From an uncultured bacterium (GTDB lineage: Bacteria > Ratteibacteria > UBA8468 > B48-G9 > DTJG01): 64,000 nucleotides of DNA. Under the pieces are notes generated by a model. The model searched no databases and was not told where the DNA came from. It saw only the letters and a program-made list of their open reading frames with translations. The stretch covers positions 54 to 64,053 of the forward strand of contig CAZHJN010000002.1 of the NCBI GenBank assembly GCA_964532995.1, read 5' to 3'. Shown here piece after piece: positions 28,856-39,772 of this stretch; position 1 is the stretch's first letter; each line of letters opens with the position of its first letter. The position numbers and the translations under genes are program-made.

Positions 28856-29364
28856 AAATTTAAGATGCTGTAAACGTCATATTTTTCAATCTTTTTCCTG
28901 CCATCAAGGCCTTTTAATTCTATAAGGAACAGTATTTTTTTTATTTCTGCTCCTGCTGATTCTATCAAAGAGCACGCTGCTGCGGCTGTTCCACCGGTTG
29001 CAAGAACATCATCAATCAAAACCACCTGTTCTCCTTTTTCAAATGCGTCTGCAGGAATTTCTATTGTATCTTCGCCATATTCAAGCGCATAGGTGTGTTT
29101 TATTGTTTCGCAGGGCAGTTTACCTATTTTCCTTATTGGCACAAAACCCTTTCTTAACAGACAGGCCAGGGCACCACCGAAGATAAATCCTCTTGACTCT
29201 ATCGCCACTATTTTTGTTATTTCTGAAGGAACCTGTTTTGCAAACAGCTCAATACTTTTTGCAAAAAGTGAATCGGTTTTTATCAGAGGTGTAATATCGC
29301 GAAACATTACACCTTTTTTTGGAAAATTTGGAATTGTTCTTATTGCATCATATAATTCCTTCAT
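28852..29364 (-). CDS. apt: Adenine phosphoribosyltransferase
   Basis: FRDITPL, VLIDDVLATGGT PRPP-binding motif; 170 aa. Confidence 0.9.
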   Translation of the reverse strand: MKELYDAIRTIPNFPKKGVMFRDITPLIKTDSLFAKSIELFAKQVPSEITKIVAIESRGFIFGGALACLLRKGFVPIRKIGKLPCETIKHTYALEYGEDTIEIPADAFEKGEQVVLIDDVLATGGTAAAACSLIESAGAEIKKILFLIELKGLDGRKKIEKYDVYSILNL

Positions 29365-30184
29365 TTTTCATCTCCTTTATTTCGTTGTTCAGATATTTTA
29401 GACAATTCTTTACTATCTGATGAATTCTCTGTCTGCTCATACCCATTTCTTTTGCAATTTCCTTATACGATCTGGGAATTCCATTGTCAATCCCGAAATG
29501 CAGTTTTAAAACCTTTATCCAGATATCAGTTTTAATACGCTTATTTTTATTTTTCAATCTCTCAAACAATTTATTGATAATTTCTTTATCAATCAGCATT
29601 CTGTCCCAGCGATTACTGTCAGTCCCAAAATCTCTGATATCAAAAAGTTCATAGTTTTCATCCTCTCTGTCTTTGAATACAGGCGAAATCATTGTGGCTT
29701 CAAAATAAGGTTTATATTTCAAGAATGTTGGAAGATCAATCTTCAGAAGGGATGCCATCTCAGAATTTTCAGGATATCTGTTTTTTTCAAGTTTTATTTT
29801 TTCTATTAAATTTTTGTACTTTATTTTCATCTTCTGTATTTTTTCAGGCACTCTGAAAGTTTTGTTCGCTATAGCCCGCATTATATAACGTTTGACCCAG
29901 AAATAGGCATATGTTCCAAACCTTGTATGTTTTTCTGGCTTAAATTTTTTCACCGCTTCAAGAAGACCGATATTACCCTCAGAAATCAAATCATCCATGA
30001 TATTCGGGTTAAAAGCATATTTTTTTGCAATGGAAACAACAAGACCCTGGTTAATCTTCATAAACTTTTCTAAGGCATATAAATCTCCATTTTTTATTTT
30101 CTCAAGAAGTTCAAGTTCAATATTTCTGTCCCTTGAATTTTTTTTCTCTATCAGATTATTATTCTTTTTAATCGAGCGGTTCAT
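29348..30184 (-). CDS. RNA polymerase sigma factor, sigma-70 family (alternative, group 3-like)
   Basis: Region 2 (LISEGNIGLLEAVKKFKPEKHTRFGTYAYFWVKRYI) and region 4 HTH (YKEIAKEMGMSRQRIHQI); 278 aa. 4-nt overlap with alaS. Confidence 0.7.
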   Translation of the reverse strand: MNRSIKKNNNLIEKKNSRDRNIELELLEKIKNGDLYALEKFMKINQGLVVSIAKKYAFNPNIMDDLISEGNIGLLEAVKKFKPEKHTRFGTYAYFWVKRYIMRAIANKTFRVPEKIQKMKIKYKNLIEKIKLEKNRYPENSEMASLLKIDLPTFLKYKPYFEATMISPVFKDREDENYELFDIRDFGTDSNRWDRMLIDKEIINKLFERLKNKNKRIKTDIWIKVLKLHFGIDNGIPRSYKEIAKEMGMSRQRIHQIVKNCLKYLNNEIKEMKNEGII

Positions 30185-32793
30185 TTACTTGGAATGTCCG
30201 GTATGATATCATAAATTTGTGATATTACCTCATCGATTTTTGTAATATCTTTTCCAGATCCCTGCGCGAATTCAGGTTTACCTCCACCAGACCCATTTAA
30301 TATTTTTGCCACATATTTTATAAGTTTCGAAGCCGGAATCAGATGAGAAATATCAGGTGTTACTTTACAGGTCAGAGCGATTTTTCCGTCAACCACTCCT
30401 GCAATGAACACCACGATATTTTTATTATTATCTACCAGACCATCGGCAATTTTTCCAAGATGTTCAATGTTGATACCATCCACTCTTCCTGCAATAACAT
30501 CAATGGTTCTATCTTTTATTTGAATTTTTCGTTTATTTTTTTTCAGGGTGGAAGGAATATCAATTGAAGCTTTTTCAAGAATTGATTCAAGTTTTTTTTC
30601 AGTATCCTGCAACTGTTTTCTTAATTTATTTACTGAGGAAATGATATTTTCAGGTGGTGTTTTTAATGTATCACTTATCTGCATCAGCACATTAATATGC
30701 TTTGTGAACCAGATATAGGCATTTTCTCTTGTAACAGCTTCGATCCTTTTTATATTTTCTCCAATAGAAGAAAAAGATACAACCTTAAATACACCAATTT
30801 CTGAAGTTGTTTTAACATGGATACCTCCACACAGTTCCGCGTGAAAACTTCCGGTTGTCACAACTCTGACCTTTTCCTCATATTTTTCAGTGAATAATGC
30901 AATAGCTCCTTTTCCAATTGCCTGCTGGTAATCCATTTCCTCAACCATTACAGGATGATTTTCAAATATGATGGTATTGATATCAGATTCAATTTTATCA
31001 ACTATCTTCTGGTTAAATATTTCCGGATAAACAAAGTCAAATCTTAATCTATCAGTACCAACAAAAGAACCGGCCTGTTTTGCCTGATTGTTTGAAATTT
31101 TTCTCAGACAATAATGAAGCAAATGGGTTGCTGTGTGGTTTGCAGATACATCCATCCTGTGTTTACGGGAAACCGCAGCCATAACCTGCTCCATTATTTT
31201 AACATCTTCGGGTAAACCTGAAATAAACTTTCCTATATGAAAAATTACACCACGTGAATCAATCTGCGTATCCATTACATCAAAACGCCATTTTGCTCCA
31301 TTTATGATACCTTTGTCTCCAACCTGTCCGCCTTTTTCCGGGTAAAAAGGAGAAACGTCCAGTACCATTTCCCAGAGATTTTTATCAGGTAAGTGATACA
31401 ATGCTATAATTTTACCTTTGTTTTCGGTATTCTGGTATCCGGTGAAAACAGTTTCATTGATCTGTTCGGATTCAAACAGAGGCTGTCTTTTCTGTTCGAA
31501 GATAGATTTTTCTCTTGCCTGTTCCTGCTGCTTTTTCATATGCTGTTCAAAATCAATCCAGTCTGGTTTTAGATTGGCTTCTTCAGCAAGATCAGAAATC
31601 AAATCTCGGGGAATTCCATATGTGTCATACCACCTGAAAAGAAGCTTTCCATGGATTATTTTGTCTGATAGGTTGGTTATATCAGATTCAAAAATTTTTC
31701 TTGCCGACAACAGAGAATCAGTAAATTTTTTCTCTTCCTCATATATTATCTTTTTTATTTCCTCTGTGTTTTTTTCAATTTCTGGATAAGCACCATCAAA
31801 GATTGAAATCAACGGGTCAATCAAATTTGAAAGAAAAGGTGTGTTGATTCCAAGTTTTGTTCCCTGGAAATAGGCCCTTCTTATGATTCTTTTCAATACA
31901 TATCCCCTTCCCTCGTTATCAGGATAAACACCATCACCAATAAGGAACGCAGCTGCTCGAAAATGGTCGCAAATTATTCTGAACTCTTTTGTTTTTTTCT
32001 CATATTTAAGTTTTGAGATTTCTTCCAGCTTTAATATCAAAGGAACAAAAAGGTCTGTTTCATAATTTGAAGTCGTGTTTTGCATAATCCTTGAAATCCT
32101 TTCAAGTCCCATACCGGTGTCAACGCCTTTTCGTTTTAAAGGTTGTAATTGCCCGCCTGCCTGTTGATTATATTGAGGAAATACCAGATTCCAGAATTCA
32201 AGAAAACGATTGCATTCGCAACCTGGTTTACAGTTTTCATTATTGCAGGCAGGATCTGTTCCTGCATCTATATATATTTCTGTACATGGTCCACATGGTC
32301 CGGTGTTTCCTGCTGGACCCCAGAAGTTATCCTTCTTTCCAAGGGGTACGATTCTGGTCTCAGGAAGCAATTTCTTCCATATTTTAAGTGTTTCTGCATC
32401 TTCACAATAGTAAGAAACCCAGAGTTTTTCTCTGTTTATTTTAAGATGCTGGGTTACAAATTCCAGTGCCCAATTAATTGCCTCTTCCTTAAAATAATCT
32501 CCGAATGAAAAATTTCCAAGCATTTCAAAAAAGGAGTGGTGCCTTCCACTCCATCCAATCTTTTCAAGATCGCTGTCTTTTCCACCTGCACGAAGGCACT
32601 TCTGACATGATGTTGCTCTTTTGTATGGCAGCGGTGTTTCAGTCGCCCAGAATTTTTTGAATTGTACCATTCCAGCACTGGTAAAAAGCAGACTTGGATC
32701 TTCAAAAGGTATTAAACTACTGCTGGGAACAACAGTGTGATTTTTTTTCTCAAAGAAATCAAGATATCGTGATCTTATTTCTTTACTGTTCAC
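30181..32793 (-). CDS. alaS: Alanine--tRNA ligase
   Basis: 870 aa, collinear with AlaRS including the editing and C-Ala domains. GTG start. Confidence 0.9.
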   Translation of the reverse strand: MNSKEIRSRYLDFFEKKNHTVVPSSSLIPFEDPSLLFTSAGMVQFKKFWATETPLPYKRATSCQKCLRAGGKDSDLEKIGWSGRHHSFFEMLGNFSFGDYFKEEAINWALEFVTQHLKINREKLWVSYYCEDAETLKIWKKLLPETRIVPLGKKDNFWGPAGNTGPCGPCTEIYIDAGTDPACNNENCKPGCECNRFLEFWNLVFPQYNQQAGGQLQPLKRKGVDTGMGLERISRIMQNTTSNYETDLFVPLILKLEEISKLKYEKKTKEFRIICDHFRAAAFLIGDGVYPDNEGRGYVLKRIIRRAYFQGTKLGINTPFLSNLIDPLISIFDGAYPEIEKNTEEIKKIIYEEEKKFTDSLLSARKIFESDITNLSDKIIHGKLLFRWYDTYGIPRDLISDLAEEANLKPDWIDFEQHMKKQQEQAREKSIFEQKRQPLFESEQINETVFTGYQNTENKGKIIALYHLPDKNLWEMVLDVSPFYPEKGGQVGDKGIINGAKWRFDVMDTQIDSRGVIFHIGKFISGLPEDVKIMEQVMAAVSRKHRMDVSANHTATHLLHYCLRKISNNQAKQAGSFVGTDRLRFDFVYPEIFNQKIVDKIESDINTIIFENHPVMVEEMDYQQAIGKGAIALFTEKYEEKVRVVTTGSFHAELCGGIHVKTTSEIGVFKVVSFSSIGENIKRIEAVTRENAYIWFTKHINVLMQISDTLKTPPENIISSVNKLRKQLQDTEKKLESILEKASIDIPSTLKKNKRKIQIKDRTIDVIAGRVDGINIEHLGKIADGLVDNNKNIVVFIAGVVDGKIALTCKVTPDISHLIPASKLIKYVAKILNGSGGGKPEFAQGSGKDITKIDEVISQIYDIIPDIPSK

Positions 32794-33217
32794 ATTTCTC
32801 CTCTTTTAATCTTTCTATAACCTGTTCGCTGAAACCACTTGAATTAAGGACATAAAACGTTTTTTTCAAGGGTTTTTTTAATGAAGATAGCAATTCCTTC
32901 GCCACCTTATATTCTAAACTCTCAGGATATGTTTTGGCAAGCACCTCAGAAATTACTTTCTCTGAAATACCCTTACCTGAAAGAATACAGCGAATATAAT
33001 TTGACCCTTTTTTCTTTTTTATGTACTTTTCTGTAAGCAGATTTGCGAGACGGATATCGCTTATAAAATTTCTTTTTTTCAGATATTCTATGGTTTCTGA
33101 TAGTTCAGGTTCTTTGTATCCTCGTTTTTCAAGAAGACTTTTGAGTTTTGTTTCTGATACATCAGTAATACTCAGAATCCTGAAGGCCTCTTTCAGAACC
33201 TGATTTTTTTTATTCAC
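32783..33217 (-). CDS. recX: RecX-like regulatory protein
   Basis: 144 aa of three-helix repeats, between htrA and alaS. recX-alaS is the classical arrangement. Confidence 0.55.
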   Translation of the reverse strand: MNKKNQVLKEAFRILSITDVSETKLKSLLEKRGYKEPELSETIEYLKKRNFISDIRLANLLTEKYIKKKKGSNYIRCILSGKGISEKVISEVLAKTYPESLEYKVAKELLSSLKKPLKKTFYVLNSSGFSEQVIERLKEEKCEQ

Positions 33218-34703
33218 CTTTGAGAACGCAGAAACGATTGCTTCCTTCCTGTTGCACCCACAAAGTTACCGCGGATTTTTTGTCTATTTTGTTTATTATC
33301 GTCTGAAAATCTTTTAAACTGGAAATAGAAATATTATCAATTTTTCTTATTATGGTGCCAGCAGTTATTTCACATTCGTCTGCAGATGAACCCGGTTCAA
33401 CATCTATTACGATTACTCCTTTTATATCAGGAGATATGTTGGACTTTTTCCTTATTTCATCAGTAATATCACTAACTTTCAGGCCTCTCCAGTATTTTCC
33501 TGCTTGTTCTGATTCTTCTTTTTTTGAAATAGCGGTTTCTTCAGGCCTTTCTGAAATTTTTATTGACACAGTAATTTTCTTTTTCTCTCTCCACACCCCG
33601 AGTGTAACAGTGTCTCTAATTTTCGAATCCGCGACCTTCTTCTGAAGATCCTTTACATCTGAAATGGGTTTGCCGTTGAATTCAAGAATAACATCTCCTT
33701 CTTTTAATCCTGCTTTTTCTGCGGGAGTGTCAGAAATTACACTTGAAATTAGTGCACCCTTTGTTTCTTTTAAACCAAAGGACGCTGCAAGTTCTTCTGT
33801 GAGTGGCTGCAGATAAACCCCGAGAAAACCCCTCGTTACCTTTCCTGTGGACTTAAGTTCCCTGAAAACCTTTTTTGCTATGTCTATAGGAATTGCAAAT
33901 CCGATATTCTGTGCCATATAAGGAGCAATGATAGCCGTATTAATACCTATCACTTCCCCCTTAATATTTACAAGCGGTCCGCCAGAATTTCCAGGATTGA
34001 TGGCTGCATCTGTTTGAATAAAATCCTCATAAGGGCTTGTGCCAAGAACACTTCTGCCTTTTGCGCTGATCACTCCTACTGTAACCGTTTCCTCAAGACC
34101 CATCGGATTTCCGATAGCAATAGCCCACTCGCCTATTTCAATATTGTCGGAATCTCCGAGAATAACCGAGGGTAATTTTCTACCGGCATCGATTTTGATG
34201 AGAGCAAGGTCTGTTCTTGAGTCAGTTCCTATTATCTTCGCTTCATATTTTTTTTCGTTATTCAAAAGTTTTACAAGAATTCTGTCAACACCCTGAATAA
34301 CATGATTGTTGGTGAGGATATAACCATCTTCATCCACAATAAATCCTGAACCCAATCCTTCCTGCTTCTTTTTATAGGTTTTTGGTTGCTGCTGCCTGAA
34401 TCTCGGTACGTCAAAATCTTCAAAAAACCGGTCAAAAAAATCATCTCCAAATGGATTCCAGTATCTGTATGTAACAGTTTTCTCTGTGGTAATCATCACA
34501 ACTGCAGGTTTAACTGATTTTGCCACCTGAACAAAAGCATTTTGAATTGCATATGCACCTGATGTGTCAACATACTGAACCGACTTATTGCTGAGGTCTA
34601 AAGCTTTGCCTTGCTTTGTTAACGCATACAATGTACCGAAAGCAAAACAACCGCCAATTATACCTGCAATGATTCCTATTGCTAAAAACTTCCTTTTTTC
34701 CAT
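33210..34703 (-). CDS. htrA: HtrA/DegP-family periplasmic serine protease with two PDZ domains
   Basis: TNNHV, GNSGGPL catalytic motifs and two PDZ domains; 497 aa. Confidence 0.85.
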   Translation of the reverse strand: MEKRKFLAIGIIAGIIGGCFAFGTLYALTKQGKALDLSNKSVQYVDTSGAYAIQNAFVQVAKSVKPAVVMITTEKTVTYRYWNPFGDDFFDRFFEDFDVPRFRQQQPKTYKKKQEGLGSGFIVDEDGYILTNNHVIQGVDRILVKLLNNEKKYEAKIIGTDSRTDLALIKIDAGRKLPSVILGDSDNIEIGEWAIAIGNPMGLEETVTVGVISAKGRSVLGTSPYEDFIQTDAAINPGNSGGPLVNIKGEVIGINTAIIAPYMAQNIGFAIPIDIAKKVFRELKSTGKVTRGFLGVYLQPLTEELAASFGLKETKGALISSVISDTPAEKAGLKEGDVILEFNGKPISDVKDLQKKVADSKIRDTVTLGVWREKKKITVSIKISERPEETAISKKEESEQAGKYWRGLKVSDITDEIRKKSNISPDIKGVIVIDVEPGSSADECEITAGTIIRKIDNISISSLKDFQTIINKIDKKSAVTLWVQQEGSNRFCVLKGE

Positions 34704-34760
34704 TGTAACCTCCCTTTGTTATTCTTTCTAAGTTTTAGATGCAAAAAATTTCAGGGAGGT

Positions 34761-35939
34761 TTAGATTCTTGATTTAATTTTAACCCACTTACCCTGTTTG
34801 CATGATTCTTCAACTGCTTCCAGAATTTCCTGACATTTTACCCCATCAATAAAGTTTGGTGCAGGCAATTTATTTTTTGCGATACAATTCAAAATGTCAG
34901 CGATCATATTAACAAATGAGTCACCGTATCCAATGATATGACCTGCTGGCCACCAGTTTGCTGTGTATGGATGGGAGGAATCTGTTGCAATAATTGTTCT
35001 GAATCCCTGAATGCAGGCTGGGTCATCAACTGAATAATATTCAAGTTCATTAAGCCTTTCAAGGTTGAAAACGATACTTCCCTTACTTCCATTTATTTCC
35101 CATTTCTGTCCATTTTTTCTTCCAGGAGCGAATCTTGTTGCTTCAAAAGAACCTATAGCACCGTTTTTGAATCGCGCGAGAAAAATCGTGGCATCATCAA
35201 CATCGACCCTTCCCTTCTTTTCGGATTTTTCTGTCACAACAAGTCCAGTGTTCAGATCATCTTTTTCTATAAGGAGAGGTCTTTCTTTTATAAACGTTTC
35301 ATTTAAACCAACAACCTCGGAGAATTCTCCCACCAGATATCTTGTCATATCTATAAGATGGGCATTCAGATCTCCATGTGCTCCAGAACCCGCTATTTTC
35401 CTTTTCAATCGCCACACGAGAGGGAATTCAGGATCAAGTATCCAGTCCTGCAGATACACAGCCCTTACATGATAAATTTTTCCTATTCTGCCTTCTTCAA
35501 TCAGTTTTTTTGCAAGGCCCACTGCCGGTAATTTTCTATAATTAAAACATATTGCATGTCCGACGTCATATTTTTCAACTGCTTCAAGCATTTCGTAAGC
35601 TTCTTTTAGTGAGGCTGCAAGAGGTTTTTCGCAGAACACAAACTTTCCGGCTCTGGCTGCCGCAATAGCAATATCTTTATGCTGGTCAGGAGGGGTTGTT
35701 ATGTCAACAATATCTATATCATCTCTGTTAACGACTTTTTTCCAGTCGGTTGTTCTTTCTTCCCATCCAAATTGTTCCTGAGCTATTGATAAGGGTTTAT
35801 CATGTCTTCCACAGATTACTTTCATTACAGGAATTAACGGAAGATCAAAAAACAAAGATACATCTTTATATGCGTGAGAATGAGCTTTTCCCATAAACTT
35901 ATAACCAATCAATCCTACGCCTGTCTGTTTTTTCCCCAT
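34761..35939 (-). CDS. Gfo/Idh/MocA-family oxidoreductase
   Basis: GVGLIGYKFMGKAH Rossmann, EKP motif. I chose the start at MGKKQT, which follows a GGAGGA RBS. The track ORF extends to 35999 and would overlap the recA stop. Confidence 0.7.
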   Translation of the reverse strand: MGKKQTGVGLIGYKFMGKAHSHAYKDVSLFFDLPLIPVMKVICGRHDKPLSIAQEQFGWEERTTDWKKVVNRDDIDIVDITTPPDQHKDIAIAAARAGKFVFCEKPLAASLKEAYEMLEAVEKYDVGHAICFNYRKLPAVGLAKKLIEEGRIGKIYHVRAVYLQDWILDPEFPLVWRLKRKIAGSGAHGDLNAHLIDMTRYLVGEFSEVVGLNETFIKERPLLIEKDDLNTGLVVTEKSEKKGRVDVDDATIFLARFKNGAIGSFEATRFAPGRKNGQKWEINGSKGSIVFNLERLNELEYYSVDDPACIQGFRTIIATDSSHPYTANWWPAGHIIGYGDSFVNMIADILNCIAKNKLPAPNFIDGVKCQEILEAVEESCKQGKWVKIKSRI

Positions 35940-35952
35940 ATCTTCCTCCATG

Positions 35953-36978
35953 TTATTTTTTTTCTTTTTCCTGTGTTTTTTGCTCTGATGTTTTTTCAAG
36001 TCCTGCTTTTTGTTTTATCTGTTTGATTATCTGGTTAGCTATTTCTGGATTATCTTTCAAAAACCTAACTGAATTTTCCTTCCCATGACCGATGGATTTT
36101 TCGCCAAAATACAGGTGTGTGCCCTTTCTCTCGATAACTGAAAGGGCAAGCCCTGCGTCTATAACCGAGCCTTCTTTTGAAATTCCAGAATCAAAAAGAA
36201 TATCAATTTCTGCTTCTTTAAAAGGCGGAGCCACCTTGTTTTTTACAACCTTCGTTCTTATCCTGATTCCATACATTTCTCCCTGACCGGTTTTCAGGTT
36301 TTCAATCCTTCTCACCTCAAGTCTTACAGACGAATAGAATTTAAGTGCTCTGCCGCCAGGGGTGGTTTCAGGGTTACCAAAAAATACTCCTATTTTTTCT
36401 CGCACCTGATTGATAAAAACTGCTGCGGTTTTCGATTTGCTGATGTACCCCGTTAGTTTTCTTAAAGCCTGGGACATGAGTCTTGCTTGAAGTCCCATAA
36501 CAGACTCACCCATTTCTCCCTCAAGTTCCGCTCTTGGAACAAGTGCAGCGACTGAATCGATGACAACCACATCTATTGCATTACTTCTTATCAGAGATTC
36601 AGCAATTTCCAGTGCCTGTTCCCCTGTATCCGGCTGACTTATCAAAAGTTCATCCAGATTAACACCGAGTTTTTGTGCATACTGAGGATTGAGGGCGTGT
36701 TCTGCATCTATAAATGCGGCCTGTCCACCACCTTTCTGAGCCTCAGCGATCACCTGCAGGGCAAGGGTTGTTTTTCCGGAAGATTCCTGTCCGAATATTT
36801 CTGTTACTCTTCCTCTTGGAATCCCACCCACACCCAGTGCCAGATCCAGTGTTATTGCACCTGTTGGTATTGCATCAACTTCAAGACGCGTTTTTTCTCC
36901 AAGCTTCATTATGGAACCCTTACCGAAATTTTTTTCAATCTGCTCTATAGCCATAGATAATGCTTTGTCTTTATCCAT
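35953..36978 (-). CDS. recA: Recombinase A
   Basis: [34 protein letters not shown] Walker A. The probable start is the MDKDK ATG; the track uses a TTG five codons upstream. Confidence 0.95.
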   Translation of the reverse strand: MDKDKALSMAIEQIEKNFGKGSIMKLGEKTRLEVDAIPTGAITLDLALGVGGIPRGRVTEIFGQESSGKTTLALQVIAEAQKGGGQAAFIDAEHALNPQYAQKLGVNLDELLISQPDTGEQALEIAESLIRSNAIDVVVIDSVAALVPRAELEGEMGESVMGLQARLMSQALRKLTGYISKSKTAAVFINQVREKIGVFFGNPETTPGGRALKFYSSVRLEVRRIENLKTGQGEMYGIRIRTKVVKNKVAPPFKEAEIDILFDSGISKEGSVIDAGLALSVIERKGTHLYFGEKSIGHGKENSVRFLKDNPEIANQIIKQIKQKAGLEKTSEQKTQEKEKK

Positions 36979-36979
36979 T

Positions 36980-37537
36980 TCAGTTTCCTCCAAGTGGTAT
37001 GTTTATAAGTTCTCTGTATTCAGAACCTTCTGGATGTAAAATTGATTCAAATATTGTAATTTTTCTAACAATCATTTCTCCCCATGGTCTATCGTGAAAA
37101 TTTTTTTCCAGTTCATTTATTATATCGGGAGATAGATCCGTTTTTATCCTGCCGACAGTGATGTGACCCTGAAATTTATTTTCAGGTTTCAATCCGATTT
37201 TTTCAGCAGCATTTTCTGTAAAAATATAGATTTTTCTGAGAACAGGATTTTCATCAATGCCCACCCATATAACTCTGGCTTTTCTTCTGGACGGGAAAAA
37301 ACCTATACCGTGTATATTAATTGAAAATGGTTTGAGTCCCGAACAACTTTTTGAAAGCTCGTTTGAGAAATTCTCACACATTTCTTGATTTATATTACCA
37401 AGAAATCTTAAGGTTAGATGCAGATTTTTTGAGGGAACAACTTTTATTTTATCTCTGTGTCTATTAATTATTTCAAGCAATTTCGTTATTTCTTTAATCA
37501 CTCCATTTTCAATCTTTACTGCTGAAAAGATCCTCAT
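36980..37537 (-). CDS. thpR: RNA 2',3'-cyclic phosphodiesterase (2H phosphoesterase, ThpR/LigT)
   Basis: Two H-x-T/S-x motifs ([14 protein letters not shown]); 185 aa. Confidence 0.75.
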   Translation of the reverse strand: MRIFSAVKIENGVIKEITKLLEIINRHRDKIKVVPSKNLHLTLRFLGNINQEMCENFSNELSKSCSGLKPFSINIHGIGFFPSRRKARVIWVGIDENPVLRKIYIFTENAAEKIGLKPENKFQGHITVGRIKTDLSPDIINELEKNFHDRPWGEMIVRKITIFESILHPEGSEYRELINIPLGGN

Positions 37538-38196
37538 GGTTTCTTGGTCATAAACTGTTCAAGCCAGTTTTTGACGATATCTTTTGCACCGAGACCGAAA
37601 GCAAGAGCAAAAGCAAGTGCGCCGCTTGCAAGGATTATATTAAAAACTGATGTTACAAAATTTCCTCCTATGCCCATTTCTTCAAGTGCAAGTACCACAC
37701 CAAATATGATTATTACAACTTTGGCCGTTTTGCCAAGTATCTGCGATTGTTGAATACCTGCGTTTCCTGCTGCGGTATTTACAACTCCTTCAACTATATT
37801 GCCGACAAGGAGGGCTGCAATAAAAAGAATTAGTCCTATAATGATTTTAGGTATAAAAGAAAGCAGATTTTCTATTACCTCTGAAGGTATCGGAACTCCT
37901 GCAACACTTATTGAGAGAAATACCACAACTATCAAAAGGAGCCAGTATACAACGCTTGCCATCAGTTCTGAGGGTTCTTTTGTTATCTGTCCTCTCAAGA
38001 GTATCTCTCTGAAACCAGAATCTTCGACCAGTTTATCAACTTTAAGCATCTTAAGAAATTTTGTTGCAAGGATTTTGAAGACCTTTGCTATTATCCAGCC
38101 GACAATGAAAACCAACAATCCAAAGAGAAGTTTTGAGATGACGGTTCCCATCTTGCTGATAAGTTCTTTTGTTGGTGCAATTAACAATTCACTCAT
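37534..38196 (-). CDS. Multi-pass membrane protein (MscS-associated TM-helix repeat-like)
   Basis: 220 aa, highly hydrophobic with repeated TM segments. No catalytic motif. Confidence 0.4.
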   Translation of the reverse strand: MSELLIAPTKELISKMGTVISKLLFGLLVFIVGWIIAKVFKILATKFLKMLKVDKLVEDSGFREILLRGQITKEPSELMASVVYWLLLIVVVFLSISVAGVPIPSEVIENLLSFIPKIIIGLILFIAALLVGNIVEGVVNTAAGNAGIQQSQILGKTAKVVIIIFGVVLALEEMGIGGNFVTSVFNIILASGALAFALAFGLGAKDIVKNWLEQFMTKKP

Positions 38197-38240
38197 ATTT
38201 CCCCCCTGTCAGATAAACAGGAAATAGGAATATTCAGGGC

Positions 38241-39248
38241 TTATTTTTTCTTCAGCCAGGGCATCATACTTCGCATTTTTGCTCCAACATCTTCAATCAG
38301 ATGTTTTTCCGCCCTTTTCACCAGTGCATTGAATACCGGTCTACCAACTCTATTTTCGAGAATCCATTCTCTCGCGAAAGTTCCTTCCTGGATTTCGGTC
38401 AAGATTTTTTTCATTTCTTTGCGAACTGAATCATTGATAATTCTGGGTCCTCTTGTCATATCTCCATATTCAGCGGTATCGCTGATTACCTTTCTCATAC
38501 CCTGAATGCCTCTTTCAATTATAAGATCAACAATTAACTTCAGTTCGTGGCAGGTTTCATAATAAGCAATTTCTGGTTGATATCCTGCTTCAACAAGGGT
38601 TTCAAAGGATGCTTTGATGAGTTCAGTAACTCCACCGCAAAGCACAACCTGTTCTCCAAAAAGATCCGTCTCTGTTTCCTCCTGAAATGTCGTTTCCACA
38701 ACCCCGCATCTTGTTCCACCAAGTCCCTTGGCGTAAGCAAGAGCAATTTTTAGAGCATTTCCTGTTGGGTTTTGTTCAACCGCGACCAGACACGGAACAC
38801 CTTTTCCTTCAACAAATTGAGTTCTTACAAGATCTCCAGGACCTTTTGGAGCCACCATGAAAACATCTATTGACGCGGGTGGTTTTATCTGGCTGTAGAC
38901 AATTGAGAAACCATGAGCAAAACCAAGTGCTTTTCCGTCTTTGAGATTTGGTTTTATTTCATTTTCATACACAATTGGCTGAAGATTGTCCTGTGTCAGC
39001 ATCATCATGACATCTGTTTCCCTGACAAGTTTTGCTGTGTCAACAGGTTCAAATCCGTCTTTTTCTGCAAGTGTCCAGTTGTTTGTTCCCTTTAATTCAG
39101 CAACCATCACTCTTAATCCGCTATCACGAAGATTCAGTGCATGTGCTCTGCCCTGACTTCCATATCCAATTATACCGATGGTCTTACTCTTAAGAATATT
39201 TAAATCCGCATTGCTGTCATAATAGATTTTCGCCATCTTTCCCTCCAA
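38241..39248 (-). CDS. ilvC: Ketol-acid reductoisomerase
   Basis: [18 protein letters not shown] plus C-terminal knotted-domain motifs; 335 aa. Confidence 0.9.
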   Translation of the reverse strand: MEGKMAKIYYDSNADLNILKSKTIGIIGYGSQGRAHALNLRDSGLRVMVAELKGTNNWTLAEKDGFEPVDTAKLVRETDVMMMLTQDNLQPIVYENEIKPNLKDGKALGFAHGFSIVYSQIKPPASIDVFMVAPKGPGDLVRTQFVEGKGVPCLVAVEQNPTGNALKIALAYAKGLGGTRCGVVETTFQEETETDLFGEQVVLCGGVTELIKASFETLVEAGYQPEIAYYETCHELKLIVDLIIERGIQGMRKVISDTAEYGDMTRGPRIINDSVRKEMKKILTEIQEGTFAREWILENRVGRPVFNALVKRAEKHLIEDVGAKMRSMMPWLKKK

Positions 39249-39268
39249 TTTTTATATGGTTTAGAAGT

Positions 39269-39772
39269 TTACTTTTCTTTGCTCGTATCCCTGCAAATTG
39301 CTATTCTTCCTGTTCTGGTCATTTCTTTTATTCCAAAACCCTTCATCAAATCTATCATTGCATCAACTTTAGCTTTGCTTCCAACCAGCTCTATCGTCAA
39401 ACTTTTCCTGCTGACATCAACGATTTTTGCTCTGAATATATTAACCAGCTGTACTATTTCGTTTCTTGCACTGCTACCGGCTGTATTCACCTTCAGAAGA
39501 ACAAGTTCTCTTTCTATATGGGCCTCAGTTGTCAGGTCCTGGACTTTAATCACATCAATTAATTTGTTAAGTTGTTTATATATCTGTTCAAGAATCTTTT
39601 CATTGCCTTTTACAACAATGGACATTCTTGAAACAGTTGGGTCTTCTGTTTCAGCAACAGCAAGGCTATCGATATTGTAGCCTCGTGCAGAAAAAAGCCC
39701 TGAAATTCTTGCAAGTACTCCTGATTTATTCTCAACCGTGACCGAAATGATATGGCGTTCAATTGAATCCAT
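39269..39772 (-). CDS. ilvN: Acetolactate synthase small (regulatory, ACT-domain) subunit
   Basis: ISVTVENKSGVLARISGLFSARGYNIDSL ACT motif; 167 aa. Confidence 0.85.
   Translation of the reverse strand: MDSIERHIISVTVENKSGVLARISGLFSARGYNIDSLAVAETEDPTVSRMSIVVKGNEKILEQIYKQLNKLIDVIKVQDLTTEAHIERELVLLKVNTAGSSARNEIVQLVNIFRAKIVDVSRKSLTIELVGSKAKVDAMIDLMKGFGIKEMTRTGRIAICRDTSKEK

Noticed and set aside
38206-38220. CTGTcagataaACAG palindrome just upstream of the membrane-protein/thpR/recA operon start
   Set aside because: The spacing is N7, not the N8 required of an E. coli-type LexA box. It also overlaps the GGGGGG RBS. Treated as coincidental.
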